Assembly: GCA_043228905.1 (NCBI GenBank)
Contig: JBHGNT010000153.1
Span: 1 to 64,000 of the forward strand
Source: Azolla caroliniana
Taxonomy: Eukaryota > Plantae > Polypodiophyta
Direction: 5' to 3'
DNA: 64,000 nucleotides
The notes beneath the pieces were generated by a model, which worked only from the letters and a program-made list of their open reading frames with translations, made no database searches and had not been told where the DNA came from. Every line of letters begins with the position of its first letter. Within the stretch, counting starts at the first letter, position 1. Below, piece by piece: positions 1 to 14,600 of the stretch. Position numbers and translations under genes: made by a program.

Positions 1-392
1 ATGCGTGTGTGTACCATATATATATATATATATTGTGCGTGTTGGATAAAATTATAGAAATATCAATACTTTCTAAGCTCCCGTCTTTGTTGTATATGTA
101 ATCACGTCCTTTCATAGAGCAATTTTGTTTTTATCCACATCCATATCCATATGTATGTTACAACTTACAAGTATATATAGAAAGAGAAACAGAGGCAGAG
201 GCATAGGGAAAAGACTCTGGCTACAGTACTTCCTCTACTATTATACATAATACATATATATCTCTATAGATATTAGGTTTCCGTCTATACAATACACTAA
301 TTCCTTTCAGATCAAACCACAATAATAATATTAAGAGTCAAGACTAATAATAATAATAATAATAAGTAGTAGTAGTAGTAGCAGTAGCAGTA

Positions 393-1787
393 ATGGACAA
401 TTGCTTGGGTAATAATATGGCACTACCAGTACCTGCAACTTGTGGTGGAGAACAAAGCCTTGATACCATCAACAGCTACTACCCCCAGCCATATGATGAT
501 CATCATCATGAAAATATAAATAGATATAGTCACAGTAATAATACTGCCTGCATAAATGGTGATGATGATGACTATGATTATTATAGTAAGGCTACAGCTA
601 TCATTAATACTACTGCTACCAATATCCCGGGCAATTATAACAATGGTACTGAAGGTGGTGGTGTCGTCTCTCCGTTATCGGTGTTGGATCATAATTTTCT
701 GTATAATGCTGTCGGGGATCCGTTTCTCCATTATTATATCACTGACCATAGCTATTATAGCAACCATGATGAGGATCTGATCAACACCGAGCGCTCTAGC
801 TATACAGCTACGCAGTGTAGCTTAGATGACGATGATCAGATGATGATGAACGCAGCAACCGCTGTGGGCAATGAGAATCATTATGGAGGGATGAATACAA
901 ACGCAACGAATGTAATGACCACACCTGGGGTCGAGGCGGCAGAAGAAACGGTAAAAAATGCAGAGGCGTCCATAGAGGCGGTGCCATTAAGGTCGGAGGA
1001 AGTGGCGGCGGCGGCGGCGATGATGATGAGGAGGATATGCACGGGCGAGGTGATGAAGGCGGAGGAGGGAGTTACAGGATGCGGCGGAGGAGGAGGTGGT
1101 GGAGGGGGAGTACATATGCAGGGCAGGAGGAGGAGGAGGAGCTGGACGGAGTACTACGAAAAGCAGCGCATCAGTTGTGGTGGGGAGGAGGGGTGCAATA
1201 ATAATATAGGAGGTGGCACAAGGGAGGCGTTAAGGGTGCCAAAAAGCAGGGGAGTGGCGCGTGTGGTGGAGGGCCATAATAACCATGATGATCATACGGC
1301 ACGAGGAGGCGTGGCGGCGGCGGCGGGTCCAGAGAGCAGGAAGAAGAGCAATAGTAGTAGTGGTGGTAGTAGTAATAATAGAAGTAGTAGTAGTAAGAGG
1401 GGCGGCGGCGGCGGCGGCGCGGTGGCGCGGGAGGCGGAGTTCGCGCGGGCGGCGCTGCGGCCGGTGGATTGGGGTGCGCTGCTGGAAGCGACGGCGGGGA
1501 GCCGGCCGAAGCGGCGCAACGTGCGCATCTCGGAGGACCCGCAGAGCATCAGCGCCCGGCGGCGGCGGGAGCGCATCAGCGACCGCATCCGCGTCCTGCA
1601 GCGCCTCGTCCCCAACGCAGTGAAGCTGGACACGGCGTCCATGCTGGAGGAGGCCATCCATTACCTCAAATTCCTCAGGTCCCAAGTTCAAGCCCTCCAC
1701 TCCCTGGAACACACCACCACCTTCTTCCATTCCTCCTCCTCCTCCTCCCTCTCCCTCTCCCCTTCTACCTTGTATCCCATGCTTTAG
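393..1787 (+). CDS. bHLH transcription factor, subfamily VIIIb (HECATE/INDEHISCENT/bHLH87-like), single exon
   Basis: 464-aa ORF. C-terminal [59 protein letters not shown] matches the HEC/bHLH87 signature, preceded by the HEC-type motif [11 protein letters not shown]. The N-terminus is long and low-complexity. Confidence 0.92.
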   Translation: MDNCLGNNMALPVPATCGGEQSLDTINSYYPQPYDDHHHENINRYSHSNNTACINGDDDDYDYYSKATAIINTTATNIPGNYNNGTEGGGVVSPLSVLDHNFLYNAVGDPFLHYYITDHSYYSNHDEDLINTERSSYTATQCSLDDDDQMMMNAATAVGNENHYGGMNTNATNVMTTPGVEAAEETVKNAEASIEAVPLRSEEVAAAAAMMMRRICTGEVMKAEEGVTGCGGGGGGGGGVHMQGRRRRRSWTEYYEKQRISCGGEEGCNNNIGGGTREALRVPKSRGVARVVEGHNNHDDHTARGGVAAAAGPESRKKSNSSSGGSSNNRSSSSKRGGGGGGAVAREAEFARAALRPVDWGALLEATAGSRPKRRNVRISEDPQSISARRRRERISDRIRVLQRLVPNAVKLDTASMLEEAIHYLKFLRSQVQALHSLEHTTTFFHSSSSSSLSLSPSTLYPML

Positions 1788-3599
1788 GAGAGCTACCCCT
1801 ACCCTTCTTTACCTTTTGTAATAAAACTTATATTGCTGCAAACTGTAATTTGGATCCACCACCCGATTGCTTTAGTCACTAATTCTCTCATGTCCGCCTT
1901 CGCATCATCCTTACATACATAACCGATCTCCCATTTATTGCTAGTCTTAAATAATCATGATCACTAGATTCATTACATTCTCGCCCACCAATATTATGCA
2001 GTTAAAATTATGTATTGGGTTCGTTGAGATTCATTACAGCGTATTAATGGATGCATTCATCTTTGATGTATCCCTCATAAGGTCATCTCCCCTGCACGAA
2101 TCAACGAGTGAAATATGATTTAATCATTGGTACTTGGGACACTTGTAAGATCCTTGGTGAATTTATTAATATATAACTTTTACAGTGCAAATACCTTGAC
2201 CCCCTCCCCCCTCCTCTTTTTTTTTTTGTTCTTTGGTTCAAAATTATAGAACTTTAAAAATAATATGTTGTTATGAATCACCATCCACGCTCTCTTCCTT
2301 CTTCTTCTTGGAAATAGAACATTAAAACATGTCGTACACTATAGCAGAGTCAACTGAGATTTATTTCCCCAAGTTTCCATGTAATAGTGTGTGTCCATTT
2401 TTATGAGGAAATATCAACGTCATCAAATCTAAGTACACCTTGCACATTTATTGCTAACGTTAACTTAGTGTAGGTCGGGCATTATCCTCAAGGGTACGTA
2501 CTACCATTAGCTTTTGAATGTTACTAGTGTGAAACCCGTGAGAGTTAGTCGATACTCTAAAATTTGACAAAAGTTGGTCATGACTCATGAGTCCCAAAAT
2601 CCTTGTAAATGAACTTTCAAGCGAACGCCAAAAGGGTTTAGCATAATGATTGGATTACCTAATATCGTATATACATATTGATTCCATGGCTCCATAAAGA
2701 CTACATCGATGGATTCATGGATTGTATACTTCCATTTATGACTTATGGCTCGTTAATAGCTTCTCTGATTCGTTTTCTTCGTTATTTGTATCTATATAGA
2801 TTGGTTAGGGTCGTATGGCACTGCTTTACAACATTGACTGTAATATTGGACTACTTTGTATATTGGCCACTTTACTTTTAATTCGAATGGAGGATTTTTT
2901 TCATGAAAAAAAAAATAGCTTCTGTAATTCCATAACTTTTGATGCATAGTTTGCTATTTGTCTAAGACACTTGATTCTACACTTTTGATGCATGATCATG
3001 GATCTCAAGTTATTATTGTCTAGTTGCACCAAATGATTCTTCAATTCTATGGTTGTACCATTCATAACGCAATTGTTTTATTATCAACCATGAAACTTTT
3101 ACTTTCATTGGTACCCACCCTTCATACATATATTGTTGAAGGAAATTTTCACCAATGACACCTTGTATTCAGATATTTTGAATATTAAGCCATCATTTTA
3201 AGCGTATTTTTTGAAAATTTCCCTAATTTATACTTTTGCACCCTGATCCTTCATGAGATGTAGACATTTTAACTATAGGTATATATGACAAGCTTGTATG
3301 TGCGTATGCCCACCTATGAACTCAAGTATTTAAAACATTTATAGAAATTCATGGATTTCCCCATATAAGTATTCGCAAATAAATTTGTGAGACAAAATAC
3401 CAATCATTCCTTTATGTTAGGGACAATATGTCCGAAAAAGTGCACGCAAATCATTCATACAATCAATAATTAGGATGGACGTGGCCCTTTGGGTGTGTTG
3501 CATGACAATAGAATGTCTAATTATTGGCAAAGTTTGGTAAAATGAGCTATTGGTAGGGTTAAGTGGTTAACGTAGAGCTATGTGAACTAGAGGCTTGTC

Positions 3600-5000
3600 A
3601 AAATTCAATGTAATTTGGATATGAATGGACATGTTGGACATGGTCCAAAATGTATGACACGTGCATATTGGTGATGAGTTATATGGGGAGATGGGAGTCA
3701 TGCCCTATGGAATATAAAATTCTTTGCATCTTCCTATTGGTCTAAGACATGACATCATGCTTCATATATATTCAAACATACATAGGTAAGTCTAGCTCAA
3801 GTTTGATGCCTCATCACAAGTGGTAAGGTTACTAATATGTATATATCATAAAATATATTGATGAGCTCAATCATATATAATGATGAGGTTATTAGATGTC
3901 ACACTCTTGTATCCTTGTTTTGCATAATCGTACTTCCATCCTCAACTACACAAGGAGTTAGTGGTATTTGTGATTATAGCCCCACGTGAATAATTAATAG
4001 GGCAGTCTATATTTGCATGATTGGAAGGGAAACTTGGGATGAGTGTAATTTTATGACAAGATATGTAATGGCGTTAGGTTTGAAGGAATCTAGGACAACA
4101 ATTTGGTTGTTGATACATTAGATGCCATCACCCATGTTCTTGTTTATAACATAATAATAAGGAACCTTGCAAAAGTATGCATATGCGAAGGCAAAGGCCA
4201 CAAGGCAATCATATTGTGTCAATGTCAAATAACATGACATCGAGGATAGAGGTGATCAAAAGCCTAGAATAGGGCAAAAGACGGAGATGGGTAGCACTGT
4301 AATGGATAACACCATCAAGACAACATGTGATGATTACATGTTGCATTGCCAACTGGAATGCCTCAATCTCGCATGACATTATATGAGACGACCTACCACA
4401 ACAACGTTGATAGCAACAATAGGTTGTATTTCTAATAACTTAATTCACAAAAGAATTGGGGACATGACATAATATGATACAAGAAAACTATCTTTGAGCT
4501 CTTTATTATGAATCAATTAATAATGATGAGTACTAAATGAAAAAATGATTCAGGAAAAAAATGGTGCTTAACTACAACTTATAATACCCAAGAAAAGAAT
4601 AAGAGATGAACTTAAAAACACATTGATGTCCCCTACAGCCGAATATTATATAATGTTGTCGCGTAGAAGTCGCAATGAATAATGTATTATTATACCAGAG
4701 CTTTGCCTTGCAAATGGAGTATGTACTCTCAACAACATCGAAGAGATACCATAAGAAGGGGGTGACTAGTCCTCTTCACATAACTCAACTACTTAGGTTC
4801 CCAAGCTTGCACACCTTCCCAAGCTTGTCCCAATGGGTTAGTCTCAAATCCTAAACATTTCAAATGAGCATTTTGAATTGATCTATAAGGTTATGCCTTT
4901 AATATTCTCACAATGATTAGACAACTTGTGACATGCTTGTTCTATATTCAAAGGACACACAACAAGGTTCAATGTATGGCCCTTTAAATAAATGGTGAAG
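3600..5000 (+). mobile_element. Highly degenerate Ty3/Gypsy pol relic (RNase H/integrase)
   Basis: About 4092-4130 reads DNNLVVDTLDA, resembling the G..N.VADALSR motif. Many stops and CpG depletion. Boundaries approximate. Confidence 0.45.
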
Positions 5001-5244
5001 CTCCTACTCGTACTCATCTTGTCACCATCACTAGAGCAATACGATTATGTAAGACACCATTAGTTTTAAGAATTTCGCAAGACACAAAAACTAAAGTACT
5101 ACATCCTTTGGGTATAAAGATGACTTTACATCAAGACCATATTCTCACATTCATGATACATGGATTTACATACCAAACCAACTTAAAGACATGGAAACTA
5201 CCGTCTATCTTTGTGAAGAGCTCTTGTTAGTGAGCTCAATTTGC

Positions 5245-5408
5245 CTAATATGCCAAGGTGAGATAGCGATATAGATAGAGCCCCAAATCAACATCAACGC
5301 TTTTGGCTACCTCTCGCTCTCACTAATATGCCAAGGGGCGGGGATAGAGATAATGATAAAGCCAGCAATCAACATCAAAGCTTTTGACTATCTCTCGCTC
5401 TCAAATAT
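5245..5408. repeat. Imperfect tandem duplication, unit about 77 bp
   Basis: aatcaacatcaa.gcttttg.cta.ctctcgctctca and ctaatatgccaagg each occur twice. Confidence 0.7.
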
Positions 5409-6755
5409 GGACATATTATTGGTGAAGGTTTATTTCAACCCCTTCTAAAGTTATCAATCCCCATGGAAATGTTAACATGTGAGTTATTTCTCCAAAATAA
5501 AAAAATAAAATTACTCTTATGTTTAACGGTTTTAGAAAACACATTTGCTGCTCTAAGAAACATAACGCCCTAATTACAACTTAATCGATTTCTTTACCTC
5601 TCTCAAAGGTCAAATTCACACATTGTGTAAAACGTGGAGTATTAGCAAGAACATGACAAAATGAAAAATCCCCAATCCTTCACGGGTTATTACACTAGCT
5701 TGGGCTTACATGTATATGGTTACAAGTTGAAGCACGTAACAACAACTGCAATCAAGTTGAAACGACTATTGGGAAATCCCATTCTCAAGGTATTGATAAG
5801 TTAGCTAAATGTGTCATCTCCCCAATACCAAGGGTTCAACATTCACCGCATAGGAGTGTGGCCCGATACTGTGCCTTTTACTCGCACATTTCTTGGTTGT
5901 TGCACATGCAATGTCCACCTCCCATTCGCAATCCCATGTGGGTGGTCCATTAAAGTGGCCCGCTAACAACATTTCTTCATCGAAGGTTAGAGGCAATAAA
6001 TAAACTAGGTGGTCAATGAATTATGTCCATTTGGATGATATCTACTCCTATGACCATGTCGAAAATCGCAAGGGGAGCTCCCATTATGTTTTACCTTGTT
6101 GACATATCGAAAGGGTTTATTACATGACAAAAAATGTACTGAGCGGGGATGATACTCATTTCCCGATCAGCCAACATACGTGTCACAAAATTATCCCCTT
6201 TGCGAAGAACTAGGCATGGTGTGAGGGGTGCCCAAATGTGGGCCATATTTGGAGATTTGTTGAAATGTGGGGCTACCAAGGATGAGAATCGGCAGAGGGC
6301 ACTAACTAGGAAAAGCTTTTGAAACGCCTGAAAAAAATTTGCGCCACAACTAATAACTCGACGTCACATGTTTTGCCGCCATTCCCATGTTCTCAAACCT
6401 CTTACAGTAACAATTCCAGTTTTTTGCTGCTGCTTTTGGTTGAAGTCTACGTTTGGCATCGTCTGCACACTCAGGTAAGTCTGCATAAAGAGAGAGGGAG
6501 ATAGATAGATTATAACGAACAGAAAGAAAGAGCAATAGATGTATATGTTGTTTACTGTAACACTGCAAGAGAGAAAGAAAGATATATTAAGGTCTTCTAA
6601 GGCCAAAATTGGCCCATGAGACAATTGGTTTACAACTAAATTAGTATTTATCCAGTCATCATAACTAAAATAAAATAAAATAAAAATAGAGAGAGAGTGT
6701 GTGTGTGAGTGTTTTAGCGTCAATTAATTAGTAGAGATTTATCTCTCTCTCTCTC

Positions 6756-6810
<55 letters not shown>

Positions 6811-7273
6811 ATTAATCAGGTGTTTCAGTGGGAAAAACAGTGAGATTTACTTCTTTTTCGAGGCCAAAATGGCCTAGAAGACTGCATACATCTTAATATA
6901 TTGTCTCATCTTTAAGAACACAAACCAAAATAAATGTAACTAAACGAAAATAGAAGTCACTAGAGAATCCCATTGTCCATAAACGCAAGATTCTGAAGAT
7001 AGATAGGTTGTATCTTTTGTCTTCAAAAGATTTCTAGCATAGGTCCATCTAGAATGTGATTTCTGAAGCGAGGGAAGCATATGCAATGGTGGGAGATAAT
7101 GGTCTCTATCTGTCAATGGCAAGAGTAGCTGCCATAGATAAATATGTTGCAAATTCTCCACCACATCTGTAAATTAGGATAGGGAGATGGATCATGCTGC
7201 TCACAAGTGACGAAGGGGTACAACATTAATGCCACAACCGTTAGAATTTGCTACAAATCATCCATGGCCATGA

Positions 7274-7544
7274 GACCTATGACAAATCACACAAGGGAGC
7301 TGCTTCCCATAAAGATGACCTACAACAAAGTTCTTTTCATGAACTTCTCACAGGGTGCATTCATATAGAGACCAAGATATAATGACGTCTACATGATGAA
7401 CAAAACAAGATAGTGCAGTAAGACCTATGACAAATCACATAGAGGAGTTGTTTCCCATAAAGATGGCCCTCTACAAAGAGATTTTTCATGAACTTCTCAC
7501 GGTGTGCATTCATATGGAGACCAAGGTACAATGACATCTACATG
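7274..7544. repeat. Diverged direct duplication of about 123 bp (period 148)
   Basis: gacctatgacaaatcaca...ttcccataaagatg...catgaacttctcac...gtgcattcatat.gagaccaag...tctacatg at 7274-7396 and 7422-7544. Confidence 0.85.
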
Positions 7545-7699
7545 CTTCATAGTGCTCACAAAGCATTAAGATTACTCGAAGCTTCCTTACACCAACTCTG
7601 AGGTTAGCCTCTAGTAGAGGTCACTCTCAGTCTCTCTCTCTCTGCTGTTGGATTACACTTGTAATCATGACTTGTCTAATCGGCTGAATTTAGCCTTTT

Positions 7700-10100
7700 A
7701 GTAGAGGTTAAACTCTCTCACTCTCTCCAACTTTGCCATTTGTTTAAACTCCTAGCTTGATCCTCATCATGGCCTGGGCACTGCCTGAAAATGTACTCAA
7801 TGCTTGTGAAACAGCTTTTTTCGCTTTCAACTGTTTGAGATGGCCATACAAATATGTCCTACTGTCAACGGTGTGTAAAGATTTCTCATTTCACTATTAA
7901 CAGGTGTAATCTTACTTTGATCCTAGAGTTTGTAAGTCCACCAAATGTGTGACATGTGTTCAATCTCTTGACTTCAAGATCAACCTTAACGGAACTTTTA
8001 GTTTATAGCTTCATTAGTAGAGAAAATCACTATATAAAAATAGATTCACGATCCTTTATCTTTCTCCTGACAGTGAGAATTTCTAGACCTTTTAGAATGA
8101 ATCAATGAGGAAGAGCTCATAAAAGAAGAGAAATTGAATGTACAACAACCTTGCTATCCAGGTAGACTATTAACCTAATGTAAGCTAATATAACTTAGAC
8201 CTGAATAAGAATGGTGAGGATCGTTTCTTCCCAACAAAGATGATTATCTGTGCTACCAAAGGTAACATGTGTAAAGCATTAGAGTTTTAGAAGGATCTAT
8301 CTCTGGAAAGAGGAACAAGTCTATCATTGGAAACTGGGAAGGGACCACTAAATCCCAAACTAACAACAGCCCAAGCCCATAAGGAGGCCAAAGAATGAAT
8401 ATCAAAACTTACAATAGTAAGGGATTTCTCAATCTTAATTTGGTCAAGAGCTCAAAAAATCACTTCAAGAGAAAGTTATGATCTCATGGGCAAGTAAAAA
8501 AGAGCACAAGTTCTTAAAAAATGACAAACAATGAATATTACATCGTATGATTTGAAGAGATTTTACAATTCCAATAGGGCTAAAAGCCTCAAATTTTGGC
8601 CCCAGAGGAGCAAGCTTAATTCTTTGTATTCAACAAATGAGTCTTTAAGACAATTTAAGATCTCTGCAACCTCAATAACAGTCAAGGAACCAGGTGTACT
8701 GATCTAGATGACTTCCTTTCTTTAATAATAGGAAATAGGAATGATCTCCTCTATAAATCCTGAGTTCCCATCTGTGATCTTGGTGTATGCTGCTAGTGCC
8801 AATTCCTATTAAGGCTGAGGTATGGGAATCACTAATGAACTCTTAATCCTCATTGGGGATTTCAATTTGGTAAAAGATCCACAGCAATAAAGCAGCAATG
8901 TGGTTTGAAAAATACTAAGCATGACTTGGTGAACGTTACCTGAAACACACGTTTTACTTGGTGCAATTCAAGTATATAATATCTTAGGAAAGCTACACTG
9001 GAGATTGCGATGTTAATAGTGCATTATAAACTGTTTTGAACATATTGATGCCAGTACACACCTGATTACGAAATGTCTAACAATGACGATATTAGGGGCA
9101 AGTTATAGAAAGCTTTAAACTGAAAGCGAGCTGGTTTGATGCTGAATTCAATTCCACATGGAAGATGTCAAAGGAAAGAGAGACACTGTTTAGAATAAAA
9201 AACTCCACACTATCCTCTTCCTTGCCAAAGATCGGGGGATGTCCATGAGGGAAACCCAACAATTCCTTGTCCAACTCAAGAAACACATAAATAATGGCAA
9301 ATAACTTGGGAATGCTAGTAACTACAAAAGCCCAGTAGCACTTGCCAAAATGTTAGACAAAAATGGAATCCATGTTCAATTGGAATTTCTACACCTCAAA
9401 GCTATTATTCTGGAAAAGGAAATCAAGGCAACATCTAGAGAAGAAGAGAAGTTCAGTTATTGGAAGATTCGTGCAAGGTGCTAGAACTAACCATTCTTCT
9501 TTAAGAGCATTAAAAGAAAAGCTGGCATTGATAAAGACCTCTTTCTCGTAGAGGACAATACTCTGTTTTGAATTTGTCTTCATCATTTGCATTGAGATTT
9601 TTAAACGAGGCTGTTGCTGTTACTGTTGCATCAGGTGATTAACATTTTTACACATATTCTCATCTATCTCCCTATGAAGTCTATCATCTCCTAACATGTG
9701 GAATTTGAAAAGATCCTATGCATACATACTAATTTGAATGATGTTGCTTGCTTGCATCGAAGTACATATAAAACTCTCCCCACCCAACCTTGCATTTTGA
9801 ACAAACCACGATAAGAAAAACACCTTCCTCTACATAAATGTGATAGTTAGATTGGTGACTCGTTGTTGGTCCAACCAAGCTTGCTTCATATCTCTGAAAG
9901 AGGTATATGATAACCAAGCTTGTCATTATCTTACCAATCTATGATGTTGCATCTAAACCTGATACATATCTAGCTATGCACATTGCAAAAACTTTGTTGA
10001 ATCATATGCAAATCCAAAATAGCATCGCACAGCCATTATCTTCATAAACTATTCAAGGATAGATTATTGGGACAGAAACCAAAAATGAACTAGGAAAAAA
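7700..10100 (+). mobile_element. Degenerate LINE (non-LTR retrotransposon) ORF2 relic
   Basis: APE-endonuclease motifs LILIGDFNL (about 8840-8870) and FTWCN (about 8953-8967), plus an RT-like segment near 10030-10070. Many stops and frameshifts. Boundaries approximate. Confidence 0.6.
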
Positions 10101-11699
10101 GCGAAACATCTCCTTTTGCTCACTTCAGAATTAACAATGATAAATGACACATTAACATATTAACATATGATAAATGTTCTAAAATATTGTGCTCCAATCC
10201 ACAATGTTTGATTATAGTCCATGATAAAATCTATATAAAAAGTATGCATATAAAAAGGGTAAACCCTCAATATAGTCCAGGCCACTCGACCAAAGTTCTT
10301 ATTTGGTTGGAAGGTATAAAGAATATATTTTCATGAATGCTCAACTGCCAAGCATAGCTAATAAGTATATGTTTGTGGTGCTGCTCAATGTATTTTGGCC
10401 TCATGTTGATCTCTTACAATGAGAAAAAGAGAACATTATTCAAAATTTACACAGGAAGTTGTTTATTAAAATATGCCAATGTAAAAATTTATTTTGAGAA
10501 AAATATATACTTTTTGTATGGATGAATCTGTGTGTTAATTTTAATTCTTAATAAAATCGCATGATATTGTTAGTGGATGATTATGAGAAAATATATGATC
10601 TGAGCATCATGGACATTTATGCCCTTGAAATATTGTACAAGTTTTTATCTTTTTCCCTCCTATCATTGCAAATGAGGTACGTGGGACTCAAGCTACACAA
10701 GGGGAAATAGGCCTTCTCATAAAGGGGAAGGGATATTCATCTCACGCTTCCTCACAGGATGATGAGATGCAAAGCACTTTACAACCAGATTTTTTTACCT
10801 TGTTTGAGGAGGCTAGTTTATGTTAACTACAGAAAGTGACTTTATCTATGTGAGTTATAAACCTTCTGATTCAATAAAAGTTGTGGGTAACTTTTTATAG
10901 CTTCTGCTATATTCATCATTTCTGTTTGGATACGATAATCTAATTCTATAACTTGCATTCCCTTCAATGCAACATCATCTCCTATTTATGAAGCATATCG
11001 AGAACACATACTGCTTTGCACAAAATGTCTGGGTTTTTTTATTTGGGTTTTATTATTTGTCAGTGCCAATTTAACTTTTTCTATTTTGTATTTATCTAGG
11101 CCAAGTTTTAGTAGACGCAATATTTGACAGAGGACTTACACGCTAGCTCCGCCCACCACCCCCCCAAATCTAGATTTGAGAAACTTCTGCAGTAATTGGA
11201 TCCAATTGGCTTGCAGAAAGGGCTTTGGAATAGAGATGGTTGCGCTTCTTCAACGTAGGCAAGACCATGCCGAGTAAGAATGTCTTATTGACTTTGCATA
11301 TCTATAGAATATTAATACTCTCGTTTCTAAATAAAGAGAACGAAACTAGAAGCTTTCGGGTATCAAAGATGTAGGGGACACCCAATGTCAGTATGAGCTC
11401 AACAACTTGGGAATTTGGTGAACACTGAGTGGCATTTTGGGAATTATGCATAACGAGAGAGGGATTTTGTGATTTATATCTAACCAGAGATGGCATTAAT
11501 TGTTTGTGGCATTTTGCACTCGCAAGTTGAGTGATGTTTTGGAAGATATGTTTTACTGGAGTAGTAGCATTTTGACAATCACCCTTATTTTTTGTGTGTA
11601 GAAATTTATCTTACTCTCATTAATTTAGATATTTATATAACTAGTTCAATGTCAAATCATGTCTAGGAACCACATGGTGACAATATGTGAATGTGGTGG

Positions 11700-14600
11700 A
11701 ACTGCAAAAGTTTGGTAAGAATAAGGACAATATGTGAATGAGATCATGATCATAATTGTTATGATAATGAGGGGATGGTCATTGTAAATTCTCCTTATAC
11801 ATGGATATAAAATAAAAAGTCAATGTGAGGAGCTTAAGCAGCTTGACCTATATTTTGTTTTGTAATGGATATGCATGTTAAATGTTAGGTTTGATAGTTT
11901 AGGGAAAGGGCGAAAGAAGTGATGATCTTGTGAAGTAGAAGATGCAAGTTAGACAACCAAAAATGTGTCTCACATTGAGTGGAACAATTCTAATTTTGCA
12001 TGAGAGCAATCATTGCATATGAATGTAATGAACAATAAAAACGTTATAGTAACATGGTGACATAAGAGTGGAATGTGGTATTACCCTTAGTAATTTGGTT
12101 ACAATTGTCAAAAGAAACACATTTGATCATGTCTTTACCATCTAATTCTATTGGTTTAAATAAGTTTGTGATCACATGTTTGGAGATTAGGCTGTTAATA
12201 ATAGAAAATTAAAATTCTTGGTACAATGGAAACCATCTTGCAAGTTTTCTTGTCATGACAATATAGAGCATAACACAAATAATGTTGAAGGCAAAGTACA
12301 CTAACCAATATGCAATCTTGCTTTTTATGACCTTAATCTAGAATTACCTCTTATGTTAGCTTGTAAGTATGAGGCATTCATCCAATTAGCCAAATGACAT
12401 GTTCAATTGCAATTTTCTTCCCAAAAGGGACTATATGGTATGTCATACGAAGCTTACTCATGGGAATCCATGCTCTTAAGAAATTTTCAATTAACCTATT
12501 TGGCTAACACTTGTAATGATTGTATAAATATGGTTGTCACAAAGTATACTTGATTATCCCATTTGTATTAGGTAAGAAAGATGTGGCTCCATCAAGAATG
12601 TTCAAGAAGACCCCCTTGCCTTACTATATATCCCATATACATTAGCAAGGAGGAAGGAAAACGTTTCCATCTAATATGTTTTAGTATAACCTCTTGCTAA
12701 ATTATCCTAGATGCAATGGTCGGAAAGAGGTAATTCTTACAATACAACAAAGCCTTGGGACATGAATTGTGAATCTATATTGTCAAGTTTCTCCCATTAT
12801 GTAGGGCCCTTAACGACATTCTACATATCAAATCTTCTAATGTACCTCGTATGGATTCTAATTCATTTTCCAATGAGGTAATCTTACACATTCTAGTTCA
12901 ATCTTGTGTGGTGAAATGTGCAAACATCAATATGCTTGCAAACACTTGTATTAGTTGAGAACTTCATCGTTGTGCTTGTGCTTACTCTTTATGAAAGCAA
13001 TTTATAATATTTCATCATGGTAGAATTAATGTGGTCATATGAAATGGTGTTATACTCAATTTGTGATTGAAATAAATTAATTGTGCTTCCAGTACACACT
13101 ACACTTATTTCTTTTTCAATTTAATCAACAATAAATTTATTTTAGATGTTTAAACAATAGCTAAGTAATCCCTTTAAACTAATCAAATATGTTCATGAAA
13201 ACATTTCGATTTCAAAATACTAATGACACAAGACAAAATTGGGAATTTGCTTTGATCTACATTCTACTATTGGTAAACCCGTGTTAGATCTATGCTCTAT
13301 ATTTACCATGGAACTTAAAGTAGTGATTGCTTGAGTATTTTACAATACTTGCAAAATGTTGTAGTTAGTAAAATGCTCAAGCAAATGGTGCCAATGTTGA
13401 TGGCCATGTTTAGTAGAAACCAAACAAATTATTTGAAGTTGCAGATTGGACACTTCCATGAAAGCAACAAACTCCAATAAAAAACATGTATTCTTTTCTG
13501 CTCTAAACCACTATAGAACATTTTTTAACTATAATTTGTGATTGCTCAAGTGAAGTTTGGAAAATTGGAGTGTCCCCATTCACCAAAATCGAGTTAAGGT
13601 GTAACAACCATCTTATAAGAGAAACAAAAAGGCATGAAGCTTTGAAGTTTGCATGTCTTATTCTAAGATACCATACAAAATGGTGGTGAAATCCCCAAAT
13701 TCCTTAATGTTTTGTCAAGCGCAAACTTCAACAACAAATCCAAATTAACGGCTAACTAAAGTCCACCCCTATAGGAGCTTGAGGTTATGAGAACACATCA
13801 TTTCAATAAAGTTCGTATAATATTCCTATCATACAAACAAGGGGTAAAAATATAATATCCTATTCGAGATGCTGGCTTTAATTTTCATTGTCTTGTTTCA
13901 CCAATTTCATACGCATTCGTAGACTCATTTTTCATTTACCAATCACAATGTAACATTGGAAAACATCACCCTCACTCTATTCCTCCATATGTTAAATAAT
14001 TAAATTTAGAGATATATGTTTTCTGCTCAAGTTGAAGCCTTTTCAATCATGACTTCAACACACTATTTGTTTTCATCCATAATTAGATTTGAAGAGAAAC
14101 CCAACATCTTGAGACAAGATTTATCACTTATTTTCGCTATTAACTTCTCTTCAATTCATTACCAGTTAACTATTTTTTTTGTATGTCTGTGCCATTAACT
14201 CCTCTAGATTTAAAAAGCTAGTCATTTTCATCAATAAATTGCCGTTTTTACTATTACATTTCAGTACACATACATACACACACACAAATGACAATGACCC
14301 GTATCAACTTCCTGTATGAGCTTGCTCATCATCCTTTTCACATGATATGCACAAAGTCGCAATGTGAAAGAACATCGTTCGTTTAAAATTGGGACATTAA
14401 AACTCTGATATAACAATGTTGAAATGTGAGCATGGCCACCATGCTTGTGAAGGCTCTATCCAAGGAAAACACCTTTGCTCTCTCAATCTCTCGCTCTCTC
14501 ACTCTCCAAAAAACCCTTTATAACACAATCCTGCATCACGTTGATCCACAATAAGATCTCCCACATTAAATTCCTCAATAATTATTGACTCCTATCAACA

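Noticed and set aside
1230-1882. Several overlapping ORFs over the bHLH 3' end
   Set aside because: Expected in GC-rich coding DNA, with no recognisable domains.
7274-7544. Repeat-spacer-repeat pattern as a possible CRISPR-like array
   Set aside because: Only two long diverged copies, in a eukaryotic context with no cas genes.
11100-11254. U-to-C RNA editing as an explanation for the in-frame stops
   Set aside because: Such editing is organellar, and this is nuclear DNA with no organellar gene similarity.
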